Shown piece after piece: positions 1 through 7,914 of a stretch of DNA of 32,000 nt (positions within the stretch are counted from its first letter, which is position 1; every line of letters begins with the position of its first letter). Source of the stretch: Nostoc sp. PCC 7120 = FACHB-418 (GTDB lineage: Bacteria > Cyanobacteriota > Cyanobacteriia > Cyanobacteriales > Nostocaceae); assembly GCF_000009705.1 (NCBI RefSeq), contig NC_003272.1, positions 3,030,001-3,062,000 on the forward strand, in the 5' to 3' direction. A program made the translations under genes and the position numbers. The notes beneath the pieces were generated by a model. It was not told where the DNA came from. It searched no databases and worked only from the letters and a program-made list of their open reading frames with translations.

Positions 1-69
1 CGTGAGTTAGCGAAAAGTTTAGGCTTGTATCCTGATTTTCAACAATCTCAAGGAGCAAATGAGGGGTAA
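1..69 (+). CDS. 3' end of an ORF running off the left edge (partial)
   Basis: Frame 1 is open from base 1 (RELAKSLGLYPDFQQSQGANEG) to TAA at 67-69, 2 nt before the next ATG. It is too short to assign a family. Confidence 0.3.
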   Translation, partial: RELAKSLGLYPDFQQSQGANEG

Positions 70-71
70 TA

Positions 72-383
72 ATGCTACTAACTGCAACTGATGCTGGACA
101 TATAGCGTTAGAGTTTCTCCTAGCAGACTGGAATATTGTAGATGAATACAGAGATTGGTTTAACATCTTTAATTCTCGTCTGACGGGTCAGAGTTGGTAC
201 ATTGTAGAGTTAGGTATAGAAGGATTTCCTGATAGGTGGTACATCCAAGTTTACGACACAGGAGAATGTGATCCTAACTATACTTTTGCTTCCCCTATTC
301 ATGCTTCTGAAGGATTTGCCGACTTGAGTCATTTACCAGAAATTGTGGCTGAAGTATTAGTTGCAGAGCGCAAATCCAGATAA
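72..383 (+). CDS. hypothetical protein, 103 aa
   Basis: ATG ORF with GAGGGG (61-66) 5 nt upstream as an SD. A strong intrinsic terminator begins 27 nt after its stop. No family recognised. Confidence 0.55.
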   Translation: MLLTATDAGHIALEFLLADWNIVDEYRDWFNIFNSRLTGQSWYIVELGIEGFPDRWYIQVYDTGECDPNYTFASPIHASEGFADLSHLPEIVAEVLVAERKSR

Positions 384-410
384 AGTATTAATCAATATTT
401 TACCAATAAA

Positions 411-450
411 GATCCCCGATTTCTTAAAGAAATCGGGGATCTTTTGTTTT
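411..450 (+). terminator. rho-independent terminator
   Basis: Perfect 13-bp stem GATCCCCGATTTC (411-423) / GAAATCGGGGATC (429-441), 5-nt loop, then TTTTGTTTT (442-450). Confidence 0.75.
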
Positions 451-603
451 CAAATATACAAGTATAAATATTAATTTAAATTTGTTTTTTTTACATACAT
501 TCTATTAATAATAGGAAGAAAATAATGCTGAATTGTCAACATTAAATGACAAAAATATGTTATATTAGTTAGCGTGATGTACGCTACATAAATATCAATT
601 GCA

Positions 604-939
604 ATGATTGCGGAAGATATCCTAGCTAAGGAATTCACAAGAGTCGTCAATCACTACTACCCAAAAGTCGGGGAATTATTAGATGGGTGTCATGTGAAAG
701 TCATCACCTGTTTCTGGGGACGACCTGCTAGACGTTTGCAATATATAGGGATTTATTGTTCTGGTGAAATGCTCCCTTATGTGCAGACTCAAAAAGAAAT
801 ACTCAGAGAAGTAGCTGAAAACATGGGATTAGTGCAAGTAGTTTGCATGAATGCTAAACGATTATTGCGAGACCCCATGTCAAAGTTGAAAGATAACGAC
901 CCACGCCTATGGCTGGAGTTGCAGATGGTAGCAAGGTAG
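604..939 (+). CDS. hypothetical protein, 111 aa
   Basis: ATG ORF preceded by about 150 bp of AT-rich spacer. No family recognised. Confidence 0.5.
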   Translation: MIAEDILAKEFTRVVNHYYPKVGELLDGCHVKVITCFWGRPARRLQYIGIYCSGEMLPYVQTQKEILREVAENMGLVQVVCMNAKRLLRDPMSKLKDNDPRLWLELQMVAR

Positions 940-949
940 ATGGAAGAAA

Positions 950-999
950 GGGGTATGGGGGTATTTTTGAAACTATTACACCCCTACACCCTTACAACC
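950..999. repeat. TACACCC-type imperfect inverted repeat (dispersed family, copy 1)
   Basis: GGGGTATGGGGGTA (950-963) faces TACACCCCTACACCC (977-991). The same 15-mer recurs at 7861-7875. Confidence 0.55.
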
Positions 1000-1037
1000 T
1001 CCTTAAGTCCCGGTAGAGTAGGAATCGCTAGCAAATA

Positions 1038-2039
1038 ATGAAAACAGGACTGTTCTGCAATTACGAAAATCATCACCAAGACTCGCGTCGAGCCATTTTT
1101 GAACAAGTGGCGCTAGTACGACAGGCGGAAAAGTTGGGTTTCGACGAAGCTTGGGTAACAGAGCATCATTTTAATGAAGTAAATCTCAGTTCGTCAATAT
1201 TGCTGTTGATGGCACATTTAGCAGGTGTCACCTCAACTATTAAATTAGGTACGGCGGCGGTGTTATTACCATTCCACAACCCGATTCGGGTGGCGGAAGA
1301 TATTGCTACCTTAGATAATTTGTGCAATGGACGATTATTATTTGGTGTGGCTAAAGGGGGGCCATTTCCCCAACATAACAAGCATTTTGCCACACCAATG
1401 GGCGAATCTCGCGCGATGATGCTAGAGGCGTTGGCATTGATTCAAAAGCTTTTATATGAAACTGATGTATCATTTAACGGACAATATTATCAGTGCGATC
1501 GCCTCACAGTTTACCCTAAACCTTTACAGCAAGAAATCCCCGTTTATCTAGCCACTGGTGATGATGTAGGTATCGAATTTGCGGCGAAACATTCCTTTGC
1601 TTTGATGGGAGGGCCGCCGTTTGCTCTGGAGAGATTAAAAAAGACGGTGGAAACCTATCGAGCTTTAAATTCTAGTGGTGGGGAAAAATTTGTTTTAGCG
1701 CGCTTCTTTTATGTAGGTAAGACCTATGATGAAGCAGTCACGGAAGCTTTACCTTTTATTAGGTATTTTAGCCAGAAAATGACAGCCAATTCGTCCCAAG
1801 TAATGCAGAACGGTTCTAGCGGTCATAAGCAATTTGACCGCACAAATATTTGTTTTGATGAAGACTACTTGATTGAAAATTCCATCATTGGTGATGTGGC
1901 TACTTGTCGGGACAAAATCAAGAAATTTCAAGACGAATTGGATCTAGGTACATTAGCGCTCAAACCCTCATCTTTTGCCTTGCAAAAAAATCAGGAAAGC
2001 TTGCAGCGCTACAACCAAGAGGTACAAAATTATGTCTAA
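1038..2039 (+). CDS. LLM-class (luciferase-like) flavin-dependent oxidoreductase
   Basis: N-terminal region (ENHHQDSRRAIFEQVALVRQAEKLGFDEAWVTEHHF, LGTAAVLLPFHNPIRVAEDIATLDNLCNGRLLFGVAKG) is typical of bacterial luciferase-like monooxygenases. Length is 333 aa. Confidence 0.85.
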   Translation: MKTGLFCNYENHHQDSRRAIFEQVALVRQAEKLGFDEAWVTEHHFNEVNLSSSILLLMAHLAGVTSTIKLGTAAVLLPFHNPIRVAEDIATLDNLCNGRLLFGVAKGGPFPQHNKHFATPMGESRAMMLEALALIQKLLYETDVSFNGQYYQCDRLTVYPKPLQQEIPVYLATGDDVGIEFAAKHSFALMGGPPFALERLKKTVETYRALNSSGGEKFVLARFFYVGKTYDEAVTEALPFIRYFSQKMTANSSQVMQNGSSGHKQFDRTNICFDEDYLIENSIIGDVATCRDKIKKFQDELDLGTLALKPSSFALQKNQESLQRYNQEVQNYV

Positions 2040-2403
2040 ATTGAATCTGCTTCCACCAGATGATTTACCGCCTAGTGTGGTGTCAAAAGAGGATGGAATG
2101 CTGCATCTGGAATTAGAACAGTCTATTGGCAGATGCTTTTATCAGGCTTGCGATCGCATTACTCAAGCATTGCTAAATAATTGCCAGTGGTATCTTACCA
2201 AAAAAGATGCGATCGTTATGCTCATTGTTGACTGTCCAGATATTGTCTCTTACTGGCACATAGTCAGCAATATTCCTCAATTAGGGAATCGCCTAGAGAG
2301 GTTTACCAAAAATGCCAAAATTCGCGTTTATCCCCCTTTTGGCAAAGGTGAACCTTTAGAGATTAGTGTCAATGAAATTTCTGCCTATCGAGATTGGCTC
2401 TAG
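2032..2403 (+). CDS. hypothetical protein, 123 aa, translationally coupled to the LLM gene
   Basis: ATG at 2032 overlaps the LLM stop (ATGTCTAA, TAA at 2037-2039). The upstream part of the 1975 ORF lies inside the LLM gene. A terminator follows. Confidence 0.6.
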   Translation: MSKLNLLPPDDLPPSVVSKEDGMLHLELEQSIGRCFYQACDRITQALLNNCQWYLTKKDAIVMLIVDCPDIVSYWHIVSNIPQLGNRLERFTKNAKIRVYPPFGKGEPLEISVNEISAYRDWL

Positions 2404-2437
2404 ATTTTTGAAGCATATCGAATGATTACATTTCAGT

Positions 2438-2473
2438 AACCCAGGTTTTCCCAAAGGCTGGGTTTTTTCTTTT
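2438..2473 (+). terminator. intrinsic terminator between convergent genes
   Basis: AACCCAG (2438-2444) pairs with CTGGGTT (2458-2464), followed by a T-run TTTTTTCTTTT. It sits between the 2403 stop (+) and the 2485 stop (-). Confidence 0.6.
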
Positions 2474-2484
2474 ATTCCCAGTCC

Positions 2485-3171
2485 CTAAGCTCTTTCACGT
2501 TGCTTTACAGTATTCATGCCTAAACACTCACGTATTTCAATCACTGGTACATCCCAAAACTGATCCCATTTCTGAGCGATTAACTTCCTCGGCGTATGGG
2601 AACCTAAACTATATCCGCGAGCTATTTCTGCCATTAAATCTTGGAATTTTGCTGGTTGATAAAGACTAGTCATCACCATGCCAAAACTGACCAACATCAC
2701 ACTAATAGGAATTGGGGTTTGAGCCAAAACAAAAGCTTGAAGACCAATTTCACCAATCCCATCAGTATCAAATCCAGCGACGACATGATAAATATCATGG
2801 GTAGAGCGCCACAGCATTTTCAGATATGAGATGTCATCAACTACAGGGACTTTCTTATAAAAGTAGGGGTCGAAACCTCTAGCTTTCATTTCAATGGCGT
2901 AGACATGGCCTAATGTTCCCTCTGGAAGTTTAGCTAAATCATCTAAATTGAAAGGTGCTGGTAGCCAGCGTTCCGCAAACAAGGTGTTAACTTCGGGAAT
3001 TTTTTTTAACTCATCAACAGCTAACTGCGCCATTTCTGTTTGGTCGAGTGCATCCTCAAAGTCAAAAACTGGGTCAGTATTACCGTTGCTGGGTTTTAAC
3101 GCTCTATCTGCCAAAAATTGAATATAGGCAAGAAGTCCTTTGTCATTGTTGTAACTGATGACATTGGTCAT
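2485..3171 (-). CDS. Coq4-family protein
   Basis: Carries the Coq4 zinc-ligand signature HDxxH-x11-E (HDIYHVVAGFDTDGIGE). Length of 228 aa fits. GAGGAA SD lies upstream of the ATG. Confidence 0.8.
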   Translation of the reverse strand: MTNVISYNNDKGLLAYIQFLADRALKPSNGNTDPVFDFEDALDQTEMAQLAVDELKKIPEVNTLFAERWLPAPFNLDDLAKLPEGTLGHVYAIEMKARGFDPYFYKKVPVVDDISYLKMLWRSTHDIYHVVAGFDTDGIGEIGLQAFVLAQTPIPISVMLVSFGMVMTSLYQPAKFQDLMAEIARGYSLGSHTPRKLIAQKWDQFWDVPVIEIRECLGMNTVKQRERA

Positions 3172-3651
3172 GGTAATTTCCTCATGTAATGTTGGGGGAT
3201 GAGGGATAAGATGAAGAGGGAGAAAAATATCAAGACTTTAACTAACAGGACTTAACTAAATTCTTCTTCCTAATTTTAAGTTTGCATCAGGGAGAGATTT
3301 TTTTGCCAGTTTTTTGACTTTAGCCATCAGGATTGACCTATCGATAATGAATGTGGGAATATGCAGACCTAATTTTTATACTACTTGAGTCATATTTTCA
3401 TTCATCCTGAGGAGTATTTATTCATCTGTCTTCTCTCGCCCCTAACCTCTATTTTCAGACAAAAATGCGATCTCCCATGCTAAATAGGTATACTGCTATC
3501 TTGCATCTTCTCAATAAGCAAGTGGTGTGGAGCATCCCAACCTACGAAATAATAATCCTTTTAGCCTGTAATTTTGGTAATAAGAGAGTGGTGCAAGATA
3601 TAAGTATAAATAAACCCGAAGATGTAATGAAAGATTTGATGTTTAGTCAAA

Positions 3652-5013
3652 TTAACTACTTAGAACTGCTGACCATACCGCATGAGCTATTTCAGGTTTG
3701 TCAATAACACAGTGGGAACCCATAACAAAATTTGCCTGAGGATCGTAAATGTATTGACTACTTTCTAAGTTGTAAATTTTCTGTGGTTGGAAATTGTAAG
3801 AATATTGTAGGGGAAGCATATCAATATTGATAATATCTAAGTCTGTTCCCTGAATACCATAATTGCCAATTCCCCCAACATTAGGAAGCGGAGGTGAACT
3901 AACATCAGTATCTATATTTTGACCTGCAAATAATCCTAATTTCCCCGCTACAGGATAGGCTAGCTTGACAGCACTATCGTGTTTAGATTGGGTAGTAATA
4001 ATTGCACCGGCAACTTTCCTCTGAGCAATGATTGAGTGAAAGTAACCAACCAAATTATTCTTATAAGGAATCTTCGCACTAAAAGACCAGAGTGATAATG
4101 CACCTTGTACTAGAACCAGAGAATTTACAGGACGAACTAAAGCGTTATTTTGTTTATTCCCCGCGACTGTAGCCGAAGCAAATATACAACCAAAACTATG
4201 TCCCATAAGATGAAACCGTACTGTTTTTGCAGCTGTCTGTTGCAGTTTTTTTAAAAAATTAAAACCACTAGTTTCACCAATTCTACGGGCGCGGTCTTTC
4301 ATTTTCCAGAAAGAGACTAATCTTGGCAGCCCTAAAAATGAATCCCATGCTGATTTAACAGTATCAGTAAAACCAAAGCTGAAATCTTGAGTATCTTCTA
4401 ACAAAATATTTTGATAGACAGTTTCCGGATCTAAATTTAATAATTCAGTTTGACTCCAGCCGTCAGCATCTTCTTCATCACTAATCAAAGAGGCCTCTTT
4501 TAGCAATACCTCATAAGCTTGACTTACTTCTAATGGTAAAGTATCCGGCGCAGACTTATACTCTATTGCTGCTGTAAAAATCACTCGCAGTGCTTCTCTA
4601 GTAACTTCCGTATCAGCTATGCTTTGAGCATAATCATCAATCATTTGCTGTTGAGAATTATCTGTGATGTCATAAGAAACAACAGCTTTTAAGCCTTCAT
4701 GACTCCAAGGACTACTAGGCCAGTGTAAACCTATCCACAGAGGATGAAACTCTGGTCGTATTTGTTGGATTTTTTCAATATCAGTATGGCTGTCAGCCAT
4801 TGTTCTAATCCATTCTTTGTAGTGCTTTTGGGCGGAGGAAATATCACCCATCCAGCCATGACTAATTAAGAAGACATCTGTGATTGGCTGTGTAGATAAG
4901 ATGTCTATGACCTTTTGGCTGACTTGTTGAGTTCCATCACATTCCTTGCCATCAGCATCAAAAGCAATCAGATAGTAGTTCAGGGAAGTTCCGATTACTG
5001 TTTCAAGTGGCAT
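3652..5013 (-). CDS. alpha/beta-hydrolase (lipase/esterase-like) protein with a large insertion
   Basis: HG oxyanion-type motif (FLISHGW, res 52-53), nucleophile elbow GHSFG (Ser273), candidate acid SKHD (Asp346) and GSH (His434). Confidence 0.7.
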   Translation of the reverse strand: MPLETVIGTSLNYYLIAFDADGKECDGTQQVSQKVIDILSTQPITDVFLISHGWMGDISSAQKHYKEWIRTMADSHTDIEKIQQIRPEFHPLWIGLHWPSSPWSHEGLKAVVSYDITDNSQQQMIDDYAQSIADTEVTREALRVIFTAAIEYKSAPDTLPLEVSQAYEVLLKEASLISDEEDADGWSQTELLNLDPETVYQNILLEDTQDFSFGFTDTVKSAWDSFLGLPRLVSFWKMKDRARRIGETSGFNFLKKLQQTAAKTVRFHLMGHSFGCIFASATVAGNKQNNALVRPVNSLVLVQGALSLWSFSAKIPYKNNLVGYFHSIIAQRKVAGAIITTQSKHDSAVKLAYPVAGKLGLFAGQNIDTDVSSPPLPNVGGIGNYGIQGTDLDIINIDMLPLQYSYNFQPQKIYNLESSQYIYDPQANFVMGSHCVIDKPEIAHAVWSAVLSS

Positions 5014-5268
5014 ATATGTTATTTAACAGTGTGCAATGTAAATTTACTGAAACTGGAGTTTCAAGTGATTGTTAGAGCTTATAGTAGAAAATATGCGTGA
5101 ATCAATTAATACGCTGTTTTTAGTTATAAATGCTCAAATTATTTTTTAGGAATGCTGTAATATTTGTTAATATTATGTGAAAATACATGAAAAAGAAGCT
5201 ATAACGCTGTTAAATTACATATTCATGTGTATGGTTTGTTGACTGCTGATCCTTAGACTATGCTCAGA

Positions 5269-5296
5269 GTTAACTGTCAACCGTCAACTGTTAACA
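5269..5296. repeat. heptamer tandem array (GTYAACN x4), overall palindromic
   Basis: GTTAACT GTCAACC GTCAACT GTTAACA read directly from the sequence. Confidence 0.7.
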
Positions 5297-5383
5297 GCCA
5301 GTAGGAAAAGATATGCAAGTTAAAGCAAGGTTAGCCAACTTAATATAAGCGATCGCCTCTACTCAAGATTAATCAATTAAGAT

Positions 5384-5599
5384 TTATTCACTATAATAGT
5401 GGCGTGTTAATTTTCTAGTCATAAACAAAGCAATTAGCAATAATCCTTCTAAAGGAATCAAGGAAAATTTAAGGCTACAGCATAGCCAAAAGAACCCTAC
5501 TAGTATGGAAATAACTTGCCAGATTTGATTTGTAATTTTTAGACCAATAACTACAAAAAATATAGCTAGTCCTAGAGTAATAAATGAGGTGAATAGCAT
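5384..5599 (-). CDS. small hydrophobic protein, 71 aa (possible)
   Basis: The ORF is almost entirely hydrophobic segments. No SD is evident and no family is recognised. Confidence 0.35.
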   Translation of the reverse strand: MLFTSFITLGLAIFFVVIGLKITNQIWQVISILVGFFWLCCSLKFSLIPLEGLLLIALFMTRKLTRHYYSE

Positions 5600-5726
5600 A
5601 GCTAATACATTTGATCAGAATGATTGCGTGACTTGTTTATTCTGGAATTGCAGCAGAGTATTAAGAGTTCAATACCTTCCTGGTGGACAATTTTGGCTGT
5701 TTTGCTAATGACTACTGACCACTGAT

Positions 5727-5758
5727 AAAAACTCTACCCATACGAGGATAGAGTTTTT
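5727..5758 (-). terminator. weak AT-rich hairpin, possible terminator downstream of the NifX-like gene
   Basis: AAAAACTCTA (5727-5736) / TAGAGTTTTT (5749-5758) with a 12-nt loop. The stem is AT-rich, so it is weak. Confidence 0.3.
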
Positions 5759-5896
5759 GTGCTAATTTCAGCCCTCAACCTAGTATGTTTTTGGCAGCCT
5801 GCTTAATTCATAAATAGGGAGATTTAGATGGAATGTGAAGCGAAAATTTCCATCTATAGATTAATGCCTAATTAGCATCAGCTTAGAGAGGATTTA

Positions 5897-6403
5897 TTAC
5901 ACAGATTCTAGTTCACCGATACTTTCTTGATTTTGACGTAGAGCTTTACGCAACCAAGGCGGAGGATTACCTTTAAGAGTTTGCACTAATCTATTCAAAA
6001 GGTAGATAATATCTTCCTTCTTTGAACGTGGTTTAACTGGCATTACGCCTTTTTTGATTAACTTGGCAGCAGCAGTACCGCCAATGGATGCCACATATAC
6101 AATTTTGCAATCAGATAAAGCTGCGATTTTTTGAGCTACTTTATCATCACTTTCACCATTTTGAACCTTAGGTTTTTGCTCCTCTTCTTTTTTAGCTTTT
6201 TTGCAATCGCTTTTACCGTGTTTGCAATCACCTTCGCTTTTTTCGGTTGTATCTTCACTAGGTTTAGGAGTTTCCTTATTAAAGGAGAGAGTTTCGATAA
6301 ATTCATAACCCCCGTCTGAAATTTCATAAACATCAATTTCCTGCGCCCAGCCAAAGTGAGCGTCAACATTAATCCTATCACTTGTAGCAAATGCTATCTT
6401 CAT
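5897..6403 (-). CDS. NifX/NafY-family (dinitrogenase FeMo-cofactor-binding domain) protein with internal low-complexity insertion
   Basis: N-terminus MKIAFATSDRINVDAHFGWAQEIDVYEIS and C-terminus LVQTLKGNPPPWLRKAL match my memory of NifX. The central K/E/C-rich stretch is extra. Confidence 0.7.
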   Translation of the reverse strand: MKIAFATSDRINVDAHFGWAQEIDVYEISDGGYEFIETLSFNKETPKPSEDTTEKSEGDCKHGKSDCKKAKKEEEQKPKVQNGESDDKVAQKIAALSDCKIVYVASIGGTAAAKLIKKGVMPVKPRSKKEDIIYLLNRLVQTLKGNPPPWLRKALRQNQESIGELESV

Positions 6404-6843
6404 TTTTGTGTTCCTTTTTTCATCAGTTATGACTAACTGCTAATAATTGCTGAATTGAGGTTAAATTATTACCTATTATTGAATAGGCAATGCCCTGCAC
6501 CTTGTAATTCATCAGGTGTAAGATGTCAGATTAGGCATTTTTACACAGTCACGGTTAACAATTAGTAGTTCAGTATCCGCAGAACATGATTCCAAAGACT
6601 CTATAGCCCTAAAAACAACCTCACTTAATGCAGTTGTTGAAGGCTCATACTATTTATCTTAGGCTCAATTCCTTAAGTGTGGTGATGGCTCAAGAACTTT
6701 TTCACCTCATTTTTCCCGAAAACCAGCCTATGTAATGCCATAAAAATATGGAAAAATCATCCATAGGGTATCTATGAGTCAACTCATCCCTTCCACTACG
6801 ATAGCGATCGCACAGTACCCACAGCTAGTTATAGGCAGATTAG

Positions 6844-7749
6844 ATGGTGTTGCGAATCAGAAGGTGGAGAAATAACCATAGATGGAACATCACAGACAGC
6901 TTGTTCGGATATGTATTCATGATGCCGACTCTGCTGGTTTTGGGAACTTTCGTAGTTCTACCTATTCTCTATTCTGTTTTCCTGTCGCTCAACAAAGTTC
7001 AACTGTTAGGTGGTGTTGCCTATCAATTCATTGGGTTGCGAAATTTTCAGCGATTAGTTGACGATGAATTAGTTTGGATTGCCTTAAGAAATACAGCAGA
7101 ATATGTGGTCATTGTTGTACCAAGCCAAACTGTTTTGGCATTGATTTTAGCAGTAACTTTAAATGCTGGAATCCGGGGTAAGAACTGGTGGCGCATCCTT
7201 TACTTTTTGCCAACAGTCACTTCTTCAGCAGTGCTGACGCTAATTTTTATGTGGATTTATAATACAGATGGACTATTAAATGATTTTCTAGCTTTTTTGG
7301 GACTGCCTACTTATAATTGGTTGGGTGATCCGGCTGTTGCCCTCAAAGGCATCATGCTCATGAATATTTGGTCAACTGCACCATTTTATATGGTGATATA
7401 TCTAGCAGCCTTACAAGATATACCTGCGAAACTTTACGAGGCGGCAGAATTAGATGGTGCAAATTGGTGGCAGCAATTTATTTACATTACAATTCCTCTG
7501 CTGAAACCTGTGACTTTTTTTGTGATCGCGGTGGGGGTAATTGGCACTTTTCAATTATTTGATCAATCTTATATTTTCTCTGGTGGTACTGGCGGCCCTA
7601 ATAATGCCACCTTGACTGTAGTGCTGCTGATTTATCAAATGGTATTTCGTTATTTACAGATGGGATATGCTGCGGCGATCGCCTTTCTCTTGGCAGTGGT
7701 GATTATTGGTATTACACTGATTCAACGGCGAGTTTTTGCTGGTGAATAA
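6844..7749 (+). CDS. carbohydrate ABC transporter permease (MalF/UgpA-like)
   Basis: About 6 TM segments and the EAA loop YEAAELDGANWWQQFIYITIPLLKP. Confidence 0.85.
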   Translation: MVLRIRRWRNNHRWNITDSLFGYVFMMPTLLVLGTFVVLPILYSVFLSLNKVQLLGGVAYQFIGLRNFQRLVDDELVWIALRNTAEYVVIVVPSQTVLALILAVTLNAGIRGKNWWRILYFLPTVTSSAVLTLIFMWIYNTDGLLNDFLAFLGLPTYNWLGDPAVALKGIMLMNIWSTAPFYMVIYLAALQDIPAKLYEAAELDGANWWQQFIYITIPLLKPVTFFVIAVGVIGTFQLFDQSYIFSGGTGGPNNATLTVVLLIYQMVFRYLQMGYAAAIAFLLAVVIIGITLIQRRVFAGE

Positions 7750-7774
7750 TTCCCAGTTTATGATCGGGAATAAC

Positions 7775-7906
7775 AATATTTAGGACTAACGCACCCAGGC
7801 TGTTTGTTGAGACTAGATATAAGGGGTTAAGGACACAAAGGTGTAAGGATTTTAAAGATTTACACCCCTACACCCCTGTACCCTTTCATGCGTAAGTCCT
7901 AATATT
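7775..7906. repeat. MITE-like composite inverted repeat between convergent genes
   Basis: Terminal arms AATATTTAGGACTAACGCA (7775-7793) and TGCGTAAGTCCTAATATT (7889-7906) are complementary apart from 1-nt shifts. Inner arms at 7821-7848 and 7860-7885 belong to the TACACCC family. Confidence 0.6.
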
Positions 7907-7914
7907 CTCTGCGG

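Noticed and set aside
3465-5100. ORFs 3465-3707 (+) and 4915-5100 (+) flanking or overlapping the hydrolase gene
   Set aside because: They overlap the ends of the 453-aa hydrolase CDS on the opposite strand and have no motifs or SD.
5897-6403. Window as part of a nif gene island
   Set aside because: Only a single NifX-like gene is present. No nifHDK, nifBEN or fdx genes occur within 32 kb.
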